A stretch of DNA of 64,000 bases from Lama glama (taxonomy: Eukaryota). The position numbers and the translations under genes were made by a program. Where the stretch lies: assembly GCA_028534125.1 (NCBI GenBank), contig CM052816.1, positions 51,524,001 to 51,588,000 of the forward strand. Reading direction: 5' to 3'. The notes under the pieces were generated by a model. It searched no databases. It was not told where the DNA came from and saw nothing but the letters and a program-made list of their open reading frames with translations. This document shows positions 26,453-38,999 of the stretch, piece after piece. The stretch's first letter is position 1, and every line of letters begins with the position of its first letter.

Positions 26453-26525
26453 GTTAGCACTCTACGTATATGAGTATCTGCTCCATGTAGGAGCTCAGAA
26501 ATCGGCCCAAACATTTTTATCAGAG
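26453..26525 (+). CDS. SSBP2: SSBP2 internal coding exon (probably exon 2), LisH motif; 73 nt
   Basis: ttcatttttcAG acceptor and GTatg donor. After 1 nt it translates [24 protein letters not shown], the SSBP2/3/4 LisH sequence, and ends in phase 0. Confidence 0.96.
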
Positions 26526-26999
26526 GTATGTTTTATATTTTATATATTTTCTGCATTGCATTTTGATATCCTATATAAGTGAGTGAAAAATATACTGTAA
26601 CAATTATACACAATACAGTAAGTATTCAGTCATCAGAATGCAGAATATAGTTTTTGTAGATTATTTGTAAGCATTTTTAGTGTCCCAAAATGTCATTTCA
26701 ATGCAAATAGCCTCCTACTCAACTTGACAGCCATTTTTTTTCTCCATAGAAATAGAAACTAATATTAGCCTTGGCAACAATAACCAAGAAAGCAAATTTG
26801 CTTTAAAAAAAAAAAAGAGGCAAACACCATCATATCTCTAGTTTTAGCAACGTCTTTGCATTATTTGGCAGTATTCATGGTTTTGGAAAATATGATTTCT
26901 GTTTGTTTTTACTTTGTATGGGTGATAGTGGATTAATGATTGAGCTTCGGTTAGAAAACATTTTGATAATCTGATTTCAAGTTCCTGTTTCTCTTTCTG

Positions 27000-27210
27000 T
27001 TTTTCTCCTTTTCTTTTTTGGAAGTATAGTCGTTTTACAATGTTGTGTCAGTTTCTGGTGTACAGCATAATGTTTCAGTCATCCATATACATACATATAT
27101 TCATTTTCATATTCTTTTTCATTATAGCTTATGATAAGTTATTGAATATAGTTCCCTGTGCTATACAGAAGAAACTTGTTGTTTATCTACTTTATACATA
27201 ATGCTTAGTA
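27000..27210 (-). mobile_element. Short L1 3'UTR insertion
   Basis: tttttggaagtatagtcgttttacaatgttgtgtcagtttctggtgtacagc...gttccctgtgctatacag, homologous to the copies at 15420 and 58180. Confidence 0.88.
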
Positions 27211-27264
27211 TCAAGTTTGAGTTTTCTAAAATTTTTCTTCTCCAATTTATATAATGAGGATGAG

Positions 27265-27500
27265 GAGAATTTTACTGAGTTCTGTTACATGCCAGGCACA
27301 TAATGTGCCAAGATACTTTACATATGTTATCCATAATTCTTACAAGAAATTTGCAAGGCAGATGGTATTATTTCTGATTTGCTGATAAGAACAACAGGGT
27401 TCAGAGAGTTTATATAACTAGCTTATGGTTACACAGCTTAGTAAGCTGAAACTAGAATTCAAACCTTAGGTCCATGTTAGTTTCAAAGCCCCTGTTTGTC
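27265..27500. mobile_element. MIR SINE
   Basis: tttactgag...atgccaggcac...gggttcagagagtttatataactagcttatggttacacagcttagtaag...gaattcaaacc. Confidence 0.75.
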
Positions 27501-27509
27501 CCTCTGTAT

Positions 27510-27690
27510 CTGTGCTGTCCGTTGGGGTTGCCACTGATCAGATACAGCTTTTTGAGCACTTGAAATATGACTAATCCAATTGAGAAGTGCTGTGTGAAAT
27601 TGCACACTGGATTTTTGAAGATTAGTGTGAACAAAAGAATATAAAATACCAATGATTTTAAAATTTTGATCACATTGAAATGATAATGGA
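27510..27690. mobile_element. hAT-Charlie MITE fragment (MER33-like)
   Basis: ctgtgctgtcc...gccact...ttgagcacttgaaatatgactaatccaattgaga...acactggatttttgaaga. Confidence 0.7.
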
Positions 27691-28984
27691 ACATCTGGAA
27701 AACTTAAGGCTGCTTGTTGGAGAATGACTTCTTAAGTCGTTGGATTAGTAAAGGACCATCTGATCTAAGTTCTTCTCACTCTATACCCAGGCCTTCACCT
27801 AATTCAGAACTGTTATACAAGGAACTTAACAAATAGGGAGACCTATTTATTTTGGTTGGGTGTTTGTGATACAAAAAGAGATGACTGAAGTGGCACCAAT
27901 TACTCAACTATTCGATATTCTCACTTTGGTTCAAGACAAAGTAGAATACTTCCAATTTTGGCATTCTCCCTCAGGATGAGTGAGGATATGGATAACCATG
28001 ATGTTAATGAGCCCTGGGAGCTGGGATTTACTGTGCTGGGCCACCTCTTTCATTTGTATGGGTTTGCTTTCTGGACCAAGTAGTGAGTGAGAAGGTCCAG
28101 TTGGAGATCCAGGCATCACCTGAACAAGTAAGATGTGTATCTCAGCAGCCTGATCTCTCCCTTGGGCTTAGCCTTTCTCGTAGTGCTCTTGGCCGAGCCG
28201 ATCAGAAATCGGACTGCTTTTGATCGCTTTTGTTATCAGTCAGAACAGAAGGGCACTATTAGCCCAGCTATGTTTTTTCTTAATTGAAAAGAGATAGCAT
28301 TGGACCAACAGTAGAAATGAAAACATGTCTCTAGCCACGTTGTGTTAACAGCTCATTATTATCTCTGAGTCAGCATAGATCATAAACCACTACCAGAATC
28401 CTAAAAGTAGTTTGTGTGACTTCATTTTCTTACCACCAGTGGGACAAAATTGAATATTCTTTAGGAATATTCTCAGTATAGAACCCTTCCTCTGCTTTAT
28501 ATCTTCTTATCCTTCAGTAATTACAAACAGAATGCTAAGAAATCTTCTTTACAATTCCATATCAATTTTTGTTACTTTTGGTTCATTAGAAACTGTCCCT
28601 TTCCTGGGTTATATTGTTTCATTATGCAAAGATAACTCCTGCTCATTCCTGAAATTTTGTGTGGTATTCATGTCTCAGAATGAGGCTTAGTGTCAGTAAC
28701 AAATTAAACTAAGAGTTAGAGTGTTGCAGAGCCCTAGTTTTTTTCCTCTTCTTAAAATTTCTACATGGTTTATACTATATTCTAGCCTTTACTTGCCGTA
28801 CATTAGCCAGTAAGTTAGCTAGAAATAGGAGCTTAAAAATATCTAATGAATTGCTTCTTTAGATTTTATTAGGAATGCTAAATTATTAAACTCTATCGAC
28901 TCAAATTTTGTTCTCTCCTTATATTTTCACCTATGTGAAGAAAGAAAATAATAATTTTCCAACCTGTTTCTTGAACTTTAATTT

Positions 28985-29190
28985 GGAGGCAACATAGTGT
29001 AGTGTAGTGGGTAAGAGCATTCACTTTGAGACCACGTGTGGCTTTGAATTATGTTCTACATCTTATATACTTACTCAGTTTTCTCAATTGTGAAAAGAAG
29101 ATAATACTTTAAAAGTTGTGCTGAGGTTTAAACAAGTTAGTACATATAAAGTGATTTGAAGGGCCTGGCATGTGGTAAGTGCTCAAAATT
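28985..29190. mobile_element. MIR SINE
   Basis: gaggcaacatagtgtagtg...aagagc...ctcagttttctcaattgtgaaa...cctggcatgtggtaagtgctcaa. Confidence 0.75.
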
Positions 29191-30065
29191 GTTATTTTAA
29201 AAATTCTCGACCAGTTCTTTTCTATCTTGTGTAGTTTATTTCTTTAAAGTAGAAGTATAAATAAGTATATTTTATGCCTGTGGGTGCTCCAAGAATCTGT
29301 CACTTGCATGGCCCACAATCCTCCTACCTCCTGGGGATACCTATTCTATCAGGATGGCTCTAGGTCTAATCCCTAATATAATCGATTGTCTCAAGCCCTC
29401 TCTGATATCTCTGGGGCTTCCTCAGGGGAGGGAGGGAGGGAGTTAACAGTTCTCTTGTTATAATTTCTTGCTCTCAGTAAGCACGACAGCCCTGCTACTT
29501 CTCCTTCTAATGGCTGATACGTTTTCTTTGCCTGAACTTTCCTGTTTCCTTCATAGCCTGAAAGCGCCACTAACTCATTGCTCTTGTGTATAAAAGATTC
29601 TCACTGAAAGTTAGGGTAAAACTGAAGTATAATATAAAGCACTGATTACGTACGGTACAGGCAACAGCACTAACTCAAATATTAGACACAACTGTCCTTA
29701 AGTTCCTAGGTCTCCTTGCCACAGGGAATTTGTCACTAGCTCTTGTCCTGAGAGCTCTGTTTGCCTTCCATCTTGTTGACTCCTCACAAACCTCCCCTAT
29801 TTTCTCCCCTTCTGAATCCTCCCTGTCCCACTCCCACACCCCCAGGCTACTACTTCATGAGAGACTGGCAGCAACCTCCTAAATCCTTGTGATTTTATTA
29901 TATAGAATATTAAATATTCTCTAATTTCCAACCATTCCTGGGGCCTCTGCCTTTCTAGACCAAAAAAATAAAAAAAAATAAAAACAAAGATGGAAAGGAT
30001 CTATCAAAGAGTTTTCCCAATAAAAAATATTCCTCTTTAAAAGGACTTCTACCTTCCTTCTGAAG

Positions 30066-30264
30066 CAGAGCAGCACTATTCAATAAAACTTCCCATGATT
30101 ATGGAAATGATCTCTAATCTGTGCTGTCTAGTGAATTCTCCACTAGTCACATGTGACTGTTGAGCCCTTGAAAAATGGCTGGAGTAATTGAGGAACATTC
30201 TGTTAACTTAATTTAAATGTAAAGAGCCACATGTGGTTAATGAGTACCATGTTGAATAGCATGG
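30066..30264. mobile_element. hAT-Charlie MITE (MER3-like)
   Basis: Inverted ends cactattcaata / tgttgaatagca; internal atggaaatg...ctgtgctgtc...ccactagtcacatgtgactgttgagc...agccacatgtgg. Confidence 0.8.
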
Positions 30265-30619
30265 TTTTGGATTATATCTGCTTCAAAGTACAGTCAGTTT
30301 TTTTCTTCCTATTATACATCTATTTGCTTTAACTTTTTAAATTAAAATGTACAAAATTTTACTTTTTTTTTTTACATTTAGTTTAGTGTATAGATGCACT
30401 CACACTTCTGTACATGGAAGATTTTAGAAAATTAGTAGGAACAGTAGGTTTTATCTCAATTAGAGGTCTCAGGAATTTTGTCTGGGAACAAACATATACA
30501 TAGTTGTACAGATTCCTTTCTTAACCCGGGAACTAGCTTTATCCTTTAATGGTATTACATTTTTTTTTTGAATATTGCTTCTCAAAGTACCAAAGGATGT
30601 AGGAATACTGTGAAAAGTC

Positions 30620-31000
30620 TGGAGCCCATGAGCTTCAGACCTGCTGCTGTGCTGTCAGAGATGCTGTTGCAGTGGATCTGTGTCATCTAGAGTGGTTCCA
30701 CATTGACAAGGCTAGACCCCCCGCCCCCCACCACCAAGGTGCTACATCCTGAATTGCCCTACCCTTGCTGCTGCTGCTGCTGCAACCAGCAACTGCTTCT
30801 CTTTTAGACAAGAAGCTTCTCTTTTCCTCCTGTCTTTTGATCTCCTACTAGTGTCTCCTGATGGCAGAATTTAACAGGAAATTAGCCAGGAAGGAACCTA
30901 GGAAATGCAATTTTCAGAATCCTAGTACCAAGTGTAGAATGGAGTTTAGGAGGGTTGGTGTGGGGCTGAGTGCTAATAGGTAAATGACCAGTGTACCTTG
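30620..31000. mobile_element. Old ERVL LTR (LTR33-like)
   Basis: tggcagaatttaacaggaa...ggaaatgcaattttcag...ggagggttggtgtggggctgag resembles an LTR33 end. Confidence 0.5.
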
Positions 31001-31089
31001 CTGGAAGCAAATGATGATGAAACGTTTTAAGTAAATGTGTGTATGTATGCATGTACATGTTTGTGCACATGCATGTGTATCATTTTTCC

Positions 31090-31480
31090 TTGTTTATGCA
31101 AATGTTAGTTTCTTATATACATTGTTCTGTGCTTTGATTTTTGTTTCACTTGTTTGACTTTAATTATTTTATATTGGTTCATTAAACTTCGTAATTTTTT
31201 TTTTGTGGTTGTGGTGTATTTAATTCCATGAAATGTACTTTAATATATTTTACCAGCCCCCTAACTGATGGACATTTAGGTTGTTTCCAGACTTTTGCAA
31301 TTACAAAGGATGTTTCAATGAAAATTGTATTATATATGTGTGTATATATAATTTTGCACATGTGACCATATTTATAGAATAAATTCCTAGAAGAATTGCT
31401 ATATCAGATAGTATGTGCATTTGTAATCTGTAATTTTCATTTATAAACCATATGCCATGTCTTACCCTGCCAGTATACCT
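31090..31480 (-). mobile_element. L1ME-type 3' fragment
   Basis: ctgatggacatttaggttgtttccagacttttgcaattacaaag...aaattcctagaagaattgct. Confidence 0.7.
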
Positions 31481-34400
31481 TCCATTCATGAGTCAGTGTT
31501 TGGCTCTGCATTTATGTAGGAATGCTGAGAATGCTAGATCATATGATAGAGGCACAGCATAATCACAGACAAGGCCCTCAGATGCAGAATATGGCAGTGG
31601 GAATTGGCCTTGAGACTTACAAAGTTACAGGAGAATATAGCTTTTAGCTGGGCTAATGATGGAAAGAAGAGAGGGGGACAATTAAACAGAAAAGCCTTAG
31701 GACTTTGGGCACACATTGGGGCTGGGATAATGGAAGAAGGAAAAATAGAGTAAAGAAAGAAAAATTGTTTGCATAGAAGCCACTTAAACGCCTAAAAAAG
31801 CCTGAAACCCATGAGACTCAGTACAATAGAAAATGCCTCTTCATAAAAATCAGAAGGATTGTTTCTAAAACCTTGACATTTAGAGGTATTTTCTGGCCAT
31901 TCTTCAACTCCATCATTAGTCCATGTTTACTAAAAAAATTAAACTTCATAGATGTATATGATTTTAAAATGAAAGTCCTCCTTTACCTTTTTCCAGAGAT
32001 AATAGTTGTAAGTTTGGTGTGATATTTTTAATATGCATACACCCAAATGCACATATAGACATTCACACATTGTTTAAACAGAAAAGATTTTATACTGTAT
32101 ATATTGTTCTCCAACCTTCCATATCTCCAACTTGAAAAACTAGTATAGCAGGGCCCTTTTTCCATGTAGGTACATCTTATTATTTTTAATGATTGCACAC
32201 TGTTCTGTAGTATGTAAGTCCTGAAATTAATTTTACATTCACATTGGTGAATGCTTTTGTTTCTAATTTTCTTTGTTTCTAACAATGCTGAACTGAATGT
32301 GCCTTAGTTTTCTATAGATCAGGGTTCTGTTTTCCTGAGCGTCATCTCATGCTTTCTCTAAGCAAGTAGTATCTAAAGTAGTAATTAGTTTGGAGGCAAA
32401 AATATCATTCACTATGGAAACATTTTGCTATGTAGAACCATCACTTCTTTGCAAATACTTAAAACATTAATTGTTGTTTGTTGAATAACTATGAAAGGAT
32501 GGCTTTTATGTTGACTTCAACATGATGGACCAAAGTTCTAGCTATTTCTGCCACAGACTTGCAATTTAGAGTGAGAAAAATAAGCTTTACTCACAATATA
32601 CTACAGAATATTCTGAGAATGAAAAAGATGACGGATGTGAAGCATTTTGAGTTTCTCTGAGGAGTAAGACATAACACTGTTTGAAATGCAAATGCATTCC
32701 CTTTAGATATCCTCTTATAAAAGACCTATGAAATATAAACCATATAGGTGTTTTCCTGGAATACGTTATCTCCTGAGATCACTGGATGGGATCGCTGAGA
32801 TCGTTGTGGGAGTTGTGAAAGTGCAGGAGGGAGACTGCCTAGTAACTGATGAGAGGTCGTGGGACTCATGGTACCGACTGTGAGTCTAATTCCACCTCCA
32901 GTACAGTCTAGTGTTGAGAGCTAGTCATGCTAGTTAGACTCTTCATAAGTCATCTCACATTCTCCTTTTAATTGAGAATAGTACTATCTGCTTTATTTCA
33001 TAGTCATATAAAGTTAAGATGAACTGAGATGAAGTGTAAGGACAGTACTTTGAAAGACTTGCTGTTCATCTACTTACGGTGATTCCAGGGATTAGGAATG
33101 CTAGTGTGTCTGGGGCATACCTGTGAGGTCCATTATGCCTTTTGAAAAGATATCAACTAGTGAAATAATGGCAAGAGAAAAGATGGAGAGAAAGCTGAGA
33201 CACCGCTTTGATTAAATTATAATTTTAGCTGGACACAGAGTTTTTCTCATGAGACTCATTAAGTAACATTCCTTGTTTTTTCATGAATCAAAAAGAATAT
33301 TGAGCAACTGTAATTAACAGGAAAAAGGTAGCATAGGTATAGAATCATTGAATGTTACTATTCAGGAGAATTTGAGTAAGGATCTGGCTTACATTTATAT
33401 AACATGTTCTGGTTCATTGATCATAGACTATAAATTCAAGTTCATTCATTTCTAGAATTTTACCTTTTAGCTCCTTTTAAAAATGGCTATCACATGTATA
33501 ATGTTCTAATCTCTAGAAGGTTTCTTTTTGTTTTTTTGAGAGCAAATTACATGTCTACATCAAGATTCCCATTGGTTTATATTTTGTGTATGTAAGAACT
33601 CAAAAAAAATGCAATTAGTTTCAGTGACTTTTAATTGCACCTAAGTTTTCCATGTCTTCCTTAGAGAGAGGCTTTCTTTTTTTTTTTCTTTTTTTTACAT
33701 TTAGGGTCACTTTATGAATTTTTATTTTAAAAGTTTTTTTGTTTTTATTTTTTATCTTTTTAGAATAAGAATTCCTGACTTCTTCTGTAACAGGTGACGC
33801 TGTTACGGAAGGATTCCTTGAATTTTTTTGAGACCTAAAATTATAGTTTTTACTTCCTAGTAATGTTAAGGGCCTATGGGCTTACTTTATTGATTGGAGT
33901 ATTGTTAAATATTTTTAAATTATTTTGAAAAAACTAAGTCATATACTTACATACAAGGATTATTTGTATTCGAAGCTGAATCATGTTAGCTAAAATTATA
34001 AGTTACTTTTTACTGTTTTCCTGCTTTCTTTATCCTCCTTCACTGCTTTGTCTTCCTCCACAGCGTCCGTCACCTTCCACTTCTAATGTAAATACAATCT
34101 CCTTTTTTGTTTGTTTGTGGTCTGTCTTCCTTACTAAAATGTAATCTCCCTGAATGCAAAGATTTTTATTTTTTCTTTTTACTGCTATCCAGTGTTTGGA
34201 AAAGGCATTGTATAAATACTCACCCAGCTTTTCAATTTTTGAATTTAATTTGTAAAAAGTATTTAGTCAGAACTTTTAATTTTTGAGAATATTGACCTTG
34301 TTATAAACTTTTATTATAGTGAACTCCAACTCACCTGAGATAGAAATAATTGGAAAGTTAGTATCACCATCTTTTCAAAACTCTTATGGAAGACATATGC

Positions 34401-34824
34401 CTTCTTACTCTCACCCCCTCAAATCAGGAACTTATTAAAAATTCAATCCTTGAAGTGTAATTTAGGGTCTGTACATATTAAGCCCAATCTCTTGCAAATT
34501 TCTGGGTTAGTAGTGATAGCTGATTTTCATATTGGTGTAAATAATTGTGATTTTGATGTGCCTTAAGATCCTGAGATACATTCTGAAATTCTGGCACAGT
34601 AGGAAACAAATTCTGGAAAATAATGGTGACATCTTCTCTCAGACCATCCAGTGAGCAGATCACAATGTAAACTGAGCACTTGTAAAACTTGAATAAAGAA
34701 TAATATGAAAATGATTAAAGTCTTATTTTTCATCTAAATGTTTAAGTGAGACAATACTGCTTTTGTAGTATGTGTAGAAACATATTACTAGGAAAGTATT
34801 TAATATCTTTTTTATTCATTTTAG

Positions 34825-34886
34825 ATAAGATGGGAAAAAAACATCACATTGGGGGAACCACCAGGATTCTTACATTCTTGGTGGTG
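34825..34886 (+). CDS. SSBP2: SSBP2 coding exon (probably exon 3), LUFS domain; 62 nt
   Basis: ttcattttAG acceptor and GTaagt donor. Translates IRWEKNITLGEPPGFLHSWW plus TG, in frame with the previous exon. Confidence 0.96.
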
Positions 34887-35128
34887 GTAAGTATCTTTTA
34901 TTCCATTTTTACTAGTTTGATGATGCATTTCAGTAGTCTTGCACTAGATATGTTTATGATTTCATGTTTCTCATTTTCTACAATTATTTTCTGAAAGGAA
35001 GCACTTAAAAAAATTGAAAACAAACTCAAGTATTATAGCTAGGTTTTTTGATTTAACTTAAAACTACTGCATTAAATCAAACTGGCATTGTGACCATTGT
35101 GTGGAATCCCCAACTGTAAGTATGATTC

Positions 35129-35450
35129 TGTATGAGTCAGCTCTGGCTACAATAATAAAATACCACAGAATAGATGGGTAATCAACAGAAATTTATTTTC
35201 TCACTGTTTTGGAGGCGAGAAGCCCAAGATCAAGCTGCCAAGCATAGTCTGTTTCTGGTGAGAATTCTCTTCCTGACTTGTAGATGGCTGCCTCCTTACT
35301 GTGTTCTCACATAGCAAAGAGAGAAAGTGGGTTGGGGGAAGAAGGGGAGAGAGAGCATTCAGCAGCTAGCCGACTAGCTGTCTGGTGTCTTTTTAAATAA
35401 GGGCACTAATTCTATCATGAGGGCCCCACCCTTGTGACCTCATCTAAACT
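35129..35450 (-). mobile_element. MLT1A-type LTR, truncated
   Basis: tgtatgagtc...aaaataccacaga...aacagaaatttattttctcac...agatggctgcctcctt...aagggcactaattctatcatgagggccccaccc. Confidence 0.85.
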
Positions 35451-36944
35451 TGAGGATACTGAAGGTCGTGGTGGTGGTGAATTTTTAGTACAGAGAATAG
35501 TCTAAAAAGTTTGAAATAATTCTACATAGACTCAAGAGATAGAACTCACTAGGAATGCACACAAAGATTGTCAGTCTGTATTGAAGCCCCCATTGATATC
35601 AGAACTTAACAGGTTTTATTGTGGCGCCAGTATGACCAGGTACGTGACTTTTCTGCAGCAGCAGTTGTTAGTCCAGGTATTCGCATGGACAACTTAGCTG
35701 CTTTTGTTTTTGTTTTTGTTTTGCGTTTCTTCAGTAAGGAGCATTTCCTGATCAGTACCTTATACACTCACCTCTCAGTATCTAATTTAAAAGAAAAAAC
35801 ATAACCGTCTTCTAGTGCCATGCATGTGGTTTCCTTGGTTTGTTACTTAATGCCATCATCTTTTAAATCTCTTTCCTGAAAACATGCTTTACTAGAAGTT
35901 TCGTGGTAAATGGAACCGCACTTGGTCAGTTGTGGTTGTGGGTTTCCCTTGTTTGTCTCACATATGTATGGCAGGAACAGGTGCAGTCCTTTGGTTCAGA
36001 GTTGTTCCTGTATTTGGAACAACGGTTCATTGCAGTTAAGCACTATCATTGTGCTGTTCTCCTGGGGTTTAAGACTGACCTCTTATAATGTATAATATTA
36101 TAAAAGTCAATTTTTCATTTTACATTGTCTGTATTTATGATATCTAGATCGAGACTATTAAGACTTAACTGTTTGCTGAATTTAACTGAGTTTTCCCATC
36201 TGTTGACACCCTTATGTTTTTGTATGTTTCTAACTAGGTAAACAAAGCGGCAGAAGAAACCACATTAGAAGTCTTTCCCTGTTGGATTAGTGGGCTAACA
36301 GAATGAGGATTTTAAGTTTTCCATTACAGAACTGATTCTCTTTCTTGCACCTATTTCTCTTTTACTCCCTTTCTTGTGAATTTAACCTATTCTCATACTG
36401 TACAAGGTTGATAATAACTCGTTGAATACTTTGGCTTTTTGCTTCTGTCAAAACTTAGCTTTTTTGGTTTTAGCTATCAGAAGGTGCAGCTTTTAAATCT
36501 GCCATCACTCTTCCTTTTTCTATGGCTCTTAGATTCAGAGGAGCTCTTCCTCTGTGGTTTTGGTATTTTAAGTAATTTTTACTTAGTTGGAGATATCAAA
36601 GAAATTGTAAATAATGGGCCCATAAATATTTTTAGACAATATTCATTTTAATTTAAATCTGATACATGCAAAAGCTACATTATTTTCAGTTTTTAATTTT
36701 CTCTCCTAAAACCACTTATGTACCCACTGAGGTGCCTACGTCATCTATATAGATTAGTGATTCTTAATGATTTTGAAGTTATGGGGTCCTCTGAGAACTA
36801 ATGAAAAGCTAAGGATCCCCTTTTCTAGAAAACTGCCCAGATCCGAAGCTTTTCTGATCATTGTATGTAGCCAGCCATGACAGTGGGCCTTAAATCCAGC
36901 AGGGGCCTGACGTGTTTTTTTAAGCTGTTTCAGAAGTCCCTTTG

Positions 36945-38697
36945 ATTTTTTTTTTAATTAAGACTAATTTTTAGGGCAGTTTTTAGTAGGTTCACAATAA
37001 AATGTGAGGGGAAGGTAGGGATTTCCCCTGTAACTCCTGATTCCACTTGTCACCGGACTGTTAAACGGTTGTTAAAATTGATGAACCTACATTAACGCAC
37101 CATAATCACCCAGAATCCATAATTTACATTACAGTTTATTCTTTGTGTTGTACGTTCTATGAGTTTGAACAAAGGTATAATTACATGTGTCCACAACTAT
37201 AGTATCACACAGAGTATTTCCACTGCCCTGGAAATCTTCAGTGCTCTGCCTCTGCATCCCTCCCCACGCACCCTCCACCCCTGGTAATCACCGATCCTTT
37301 TATTGTCTCCAGAGTTTTACCTTTTCCAGACTGTCATTTAGTTGGAGTCATACAGTATGTGGCCTTTTCAGATTTTTATTCATAAGTTATATGCATTTAA
37401 AGTTTCTCCATGCATTTTCATGGCTTGATAGCCAATTTCTTTTAGTGCTGTATATTATTCCATTGTCTGGATGTACCATGGTTTAACTATTCATTCACCC
37501 ACTGAAGGACATCTTGGTTGCTTCCAAGTTTGGCACTTATGAATAAAGCTGCTACAGACATCCATGTGTAGGTTTTCGTGTGGTCATAAATTTTCGGTTC
37601 CTTCGGGTAAATACCAAAGAGTGCAATTGCTGGATCATATGATAAGAATATGTTAGTTTTGTAAGAAACTTCCAGAATGTCTCCTAAAGTGGCTGCACTA
37701 TTTTGCATTCCCACCAGCAACAAATGAGAATTTCTGTTGCTCCACATCCTGGCCAGCATTTGTTGCTGTCAGTGTTCCAGATTTTGGAAATTCTAATAGG
37801 TATGCAGTGGTATCTCATTGTATTAATTTGTATTTCCCTGATGATATATGAGATGGAGCATCTTTTCATATCCTTATTTGTTATCTATGTATCTTTTTTG
37901 ATGAGGTGTCTGTTAAGGTCTTTGGCTCATTTTTAATTGGGTTGATTATTTTCTTATTGTTGAGTTTTAAGAGTTCTTTATATATTTTGAATAACAGTCC
38001 TTTATCAGATGTGTCTTTTGCTTATATTTTCTCTCAGTCTGTGGCTCATTTTCTCATTATCTTGACATTGTCCTTTGCAGAACAGAAGCTTTTAATTTTA
38101 ACAAAGTCCAGCTTATCAGTTATTTCTTTCATGTATCATGACTTTTGTTATATCTAAAAAGTCATTGACATAACCAAGATTGTCTAGGTTTTCTCCTAAA
38201 TTAACTTCTAGGAGTTTTATAGTTGTACATTTTACATCTAGGTCTGTGATCCATTTTGAGTTATTTTTTGTGAAGTTAATCTGTTGTCTAGATTCGTCTT
38301 TTCTACATGAGGATGTCCAGTTGATCTAGTACCATTTTTTGAAAAGGCTATCTTTGCACTGTTGTATTGTCTTTGTTCCTTTGTCAGAGATCAGTTGACT
38401 ATATTCATATGGGACTATTTCTGGGCTCTCTATTGTGATATATTGTCTGTTCTTTACCAATACCACACTGTCTTGATTACTGTAGATTTATAATGAGTCT
38501 TAAAATTAGGAAGTATTAGTCTTCCAGTTTTTGTTCTTTAATATTGTGTTGGCTATTCTGGGTCTTTTTCCAACTCCACATAAACTTTAGAATCAGTTAG
38601 TTGATATCCATGAAATAACTTGCTGGGATTTTGATTGGGATTGCATCAAATCTATAGATCAAGTTTGGAAAAACTGACATCTTGACAGTATTGAGAT
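36945..38697 (-). mobile_element. L1MC-type LINE, 3' 1.75 kb
   Basis: ORFs 37684-37869 and 37487-37759 resemble degraded ORF2p C-terminus; L1MC-like 3' end at 36970. Confidence 0.9.
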
Positions 38698-38729
38698 ACC
38701 TGGCCTTTTTATCCTTAACTCTTTAGAAT

Positions 38730-38733
<4 letters not shown>

Positions 38734-38764
<31 letters not shown>
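38734..38764. repeat. poly(T) run, 31 nt
   Basis: Direct count. Confidence 0.95.
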
Positions 38765-38765
<1 letters not shown>

Positions 38766-38999
38766 GCTAGGAAAGCTTTTGCTGCTCTTGAGGTCCAGAT
38801 GATTAGGATAACGTGTATTTTTCAAGAACTTACTACTTGCCCATTTGGTCAAACTAAGGGCCCCTGTTTGATGGACCAGTTGCAATTCTATGATTCCTTC
38901 TCACTTCTATTTTTTGTAATAGACTATTTGCAAGTAGAATTTTCCTGTCACTGAAGCTTCTTCACCAAACATTTACTGTGAAAAATTATGCTGCCCTCA

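Noticed and set aside
26977..27227. TSD for the short L1 (tcaagttcctgtttct / tcaagtttgagttttct)
   Set aside because: Too diverged to call with confidence.
34746..34994. 82-aa ORF overlapping an exon
   Set aside because: Wrong frame. The real coding part is the spliced 62-nt exon.
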